The notes beneath the pieces were generated by a model, which had not been told where the DNA came from, searched no databases, and was given only the letters and a program-made list of their open reading frames with translations. Both the position numbers and the translations under genes were made by a program. From Antedon mediterranea (lineage: Eukaryota; Animalia; Echinodermata), in assembly GCF_964355755.1 (NCBI RefSeq), contig NC_092676.1, forward strand, positions 19,362,871 through 19,426,870: a stretch of 64,000 bases of DNA, written 5' to 3'. Positions within the stretch are counted from its first letter, which is position 1. Each line of letters begins with the position of its first letter. This document shows positions 61,601-64,000 of this stretch, in pieces.

Positions 61601-63566
61601 AACTTTTGATTTCACTTTTCATCAGTTCGTTACGTCTTTATATTATTTGTTTTATTTTTGTACTTTTCTTTAATTTTTTTCTTTTTCCCTTCTATTATCT
61701 TGACTAATCTACTCTATTATACACTTTAAATTCTTTATTTTTTTTTCTTTTTTAACTTCTATTATCTTTACTATAATTTACTCTATTGCCTATTGCCCAC
61801 TGCACAACGTTTTTTCAACTTCTTTTTGTCTTTTCTATTTTTGTTTTCATTTTTCCTTTCTTCTTTCTTTTCCTTTCTTCTTTCTTTTCCTTTTTCTACT
61901 CTATTGTCCATTGTCTTTTGTTCCTTAATCTTACTGTTCTTTTTCCCCTTTGCATATCTACTTTTTTGAAACGTTATTATTTCTCTTAACATTAGAAAAA
62001 TTTGATTTAATTTATTTCTTGAGTATTGGTGTTTTAGGTATTTTGTTATTATATTAATTAATGTATATTATCTTACTAATACGATGGAAACGCTATTGAT
62101 TCGATTGAAATGAAATCACAAATACTCAATTTGAGTGGAGAAAAATTAAGCATTTTGTGTATGCCTTTGGGTTCACACTTATTTTAAAAAAAAATATCGT
62201 TGATAATCAGTCGATAGCATTTTCATTTACTTATACTTATGTATCCTATTGTTTATAATTTATATATATTATTTTGTTCTGCATTATCTTAATAATCCAC
62301 TAACACAATCATTAGTTTATTGGGGTTAATACTACAATATATATATAATTATATATCAGTGAAGAATTGAGGTAATCTTTTTTACTCCGATATTGTTTAT
62401 TATGTATACACCTTTCCAGTTATAAGCTATAAAGAAGAATTCAATTACATTTTGGTTGCCTTCAACTTTTTAAAAACTTTTTTTGTTGTGTATAGTAGCA
62501 TCAGATTTAATATGTACGATGTATATTTTTGTCTCCTGAATGATAGATATAAATTTGTTTCCTTCAATTTTTAGCGATTTTTTAAAATTAATGTGTTTTT
62601 TAAATTTGTATTTGACATTGTCATTAAATTTTTAAACACATAAACTTTGTTTGGGCTTTTTTTTTTATTATGATTATATTTACGCCAATTTTAGAAAAAT
62701 TCTAATACATTAATTAATTTCCTGAACTTTGGCCATTTAAGAATTTACAAATTTATTTATTTTCTTCTAATAATATAAATCTACGCTTCATGTTATTCAG
62801 TTCATTTTTTAAACATCCATCGTTTTTGGTTATACTTTTTAGTTCGTTTATGACATTTATCAATTGCTGTTACAACATGTACTATTTAAATTACAAAGAG
62901 TTTTACTTAGATATGTATTGTCCCTTCGACTAATCCCAAAAAATTAAAAAATAAAAGATTTCGAAAAAAGATGGGTCATTTTGAAGTATCATAATAGTTA
63001 TTAACTATCACCAAAAATTTGTCGAAAAAAAAATCATTTAACTAAAATACAGACGTTTTTTTGTTTAAAAAATAACTTTGACTTCTAGTCAAAGTTTTCC
63101 ATCAAAACATATCCCATAATGAAATGCGCTTGTTTCGCTACTCTGTATGCATATTTCATAAAACTTCCTTGCGATCTGTGTGAAAATACCTTTTCAACTG
63201 TGACGAGTTGTAAATAATTCTAATTAGCATATGCATAATGCGTACTCGTGGTTTGAAATCTTTGTTTACTTTCGCTCGCGACGATTTTCCAGACGAAATG
63301 TTATCAAACTAATTTACCTGTTATTTAAGTAAACTTGTTGTTTTTGGCTCGAATTTTCGACTTTAAGTGAATAACTTTAATATTACTTTGATATGGCCAA
63401 TTTAAATTTAGAGTATTTTGACCTTTATTTTTTTGTGTTTCAAGGGACAATACATCTTTAAATATTGCTTAGATACATAATCATGTAAATACATCAAACT
63501 TACTTTGAATGAATGTTTAAACTGTAATGTTATTTTTTCTTTATGCAAACAGCGGTAGCTTCATAA
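58645..63566 (+). CDS. Secreted single IGFBP-domain protein, anionic paralogue, about 107 aa
   Basis: Exons 58645-58691 (MKVVLALVVVSIAIS, phase 2), 59583-59709 (IDALSCRC..GMCGCELTCSK), 60996-61131 (IEGEQCGGLWDINGKCSVGLEC..GVCRRI) and 63553-63566 (AVAS*; this last exon is less certain). Same intron phases as the minus-strand paralogue. Confidence 0.85.
61540..61990. repeat. CT-rich low-complexity tract
   Basis: Pyrimidine-rich run that generates spurious Lys/Glu-rich and Phe-rich ORFs. Confidence 0.75.
62911..63457. mobile_element. Kolobok-like MITE, related to 35683-35995
   Basis: ATGTATTGTCCCTT ... AAGGGACAATACATCT-TTAA. Confidence 0.7.
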
Positions 63567-64000
63567 ACAAGACAAACGATTATATGAAATGCATATGCAA
63601 AAAAATCTTCAAGTCTGGGAAGAAGTAACAATGAAACGACCAAGCAACTTAACTCAATCTCCGGCCTTACACCAAAAGGACGGAATTAAATCAACTTCAA
63701 GGCGGCAACCTTCTAATATTTATTATTATATATTCTATTTAATCTTATTTGAATTACACTGTGCATACTAAACGGGAGTGAGGCGCTTGGTGGACGGTTG
63801 CGCTCCATAGTAAAAGCTGAAATGTGTAGCAGTAAAGAAAAAAGAAAAAAAAGGAGGAAAAATTGAGGAAAAAAGTGGAGTCAGTTAGTTTCTTTGAAAT
63901 AAACAAAGATGATAGGAAAAGATAACTCGATTTGTTATCGGGTCGAATTAATGATAATAAATATGAATAATATTTACTTATCTGATGTAAAAATTAATTT

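Noticed and set aside
61783-63771. ORFs 61783-61992, 61786-61989 and 63589-63771
   Set aside because: The first two are low-complexity intron sequence; the last lies in the probable 3' UTR after the stop at 63566.

Overview
AT-rich, intron-rich eukaryotic DNA from an invertebrate animal. An echinoderm-like deuterostome is my guess, not something the sequence shows. Hand-splicing gives five conventional genes and one candidate. PCYOX1 (minus, 5 exons, 493 aa) lies head-to-head with a DIABLO/Smac homologue (plus, 215 aa, no AVPI motif). An FDPS/FPPS-family prenyltransferase (plus, 10 exons, 414 aa) has a presequence-like N-terminus and Cys instead of Phe at the chain-length position. Two divergently oriented secreted single-IGFBP-domain paralogues follow: one strongly cationic with two alternative signal-peptide first exons, one anionic with an unpaired Cys. 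The candidate is a two-exon 40-aa microprotein ending RLCCCIKRSP that the ORF track misses. The non-coding DNA holds Helentron-type (HINE) rolling-circle elements including a tandem array, a very young non-autonomous Gypsy-type LTR element, a Penelope-type repeat with a minimal hammerhead ribozyme, four 20-36 bp palindromes with 7-bp target duplications that look like P-superfamily excision footprints, SINEs, many MITEs, and a 3.7-kb satellite with higher-order structure. All coordinates and comparisons were made by eye; no database search was run.
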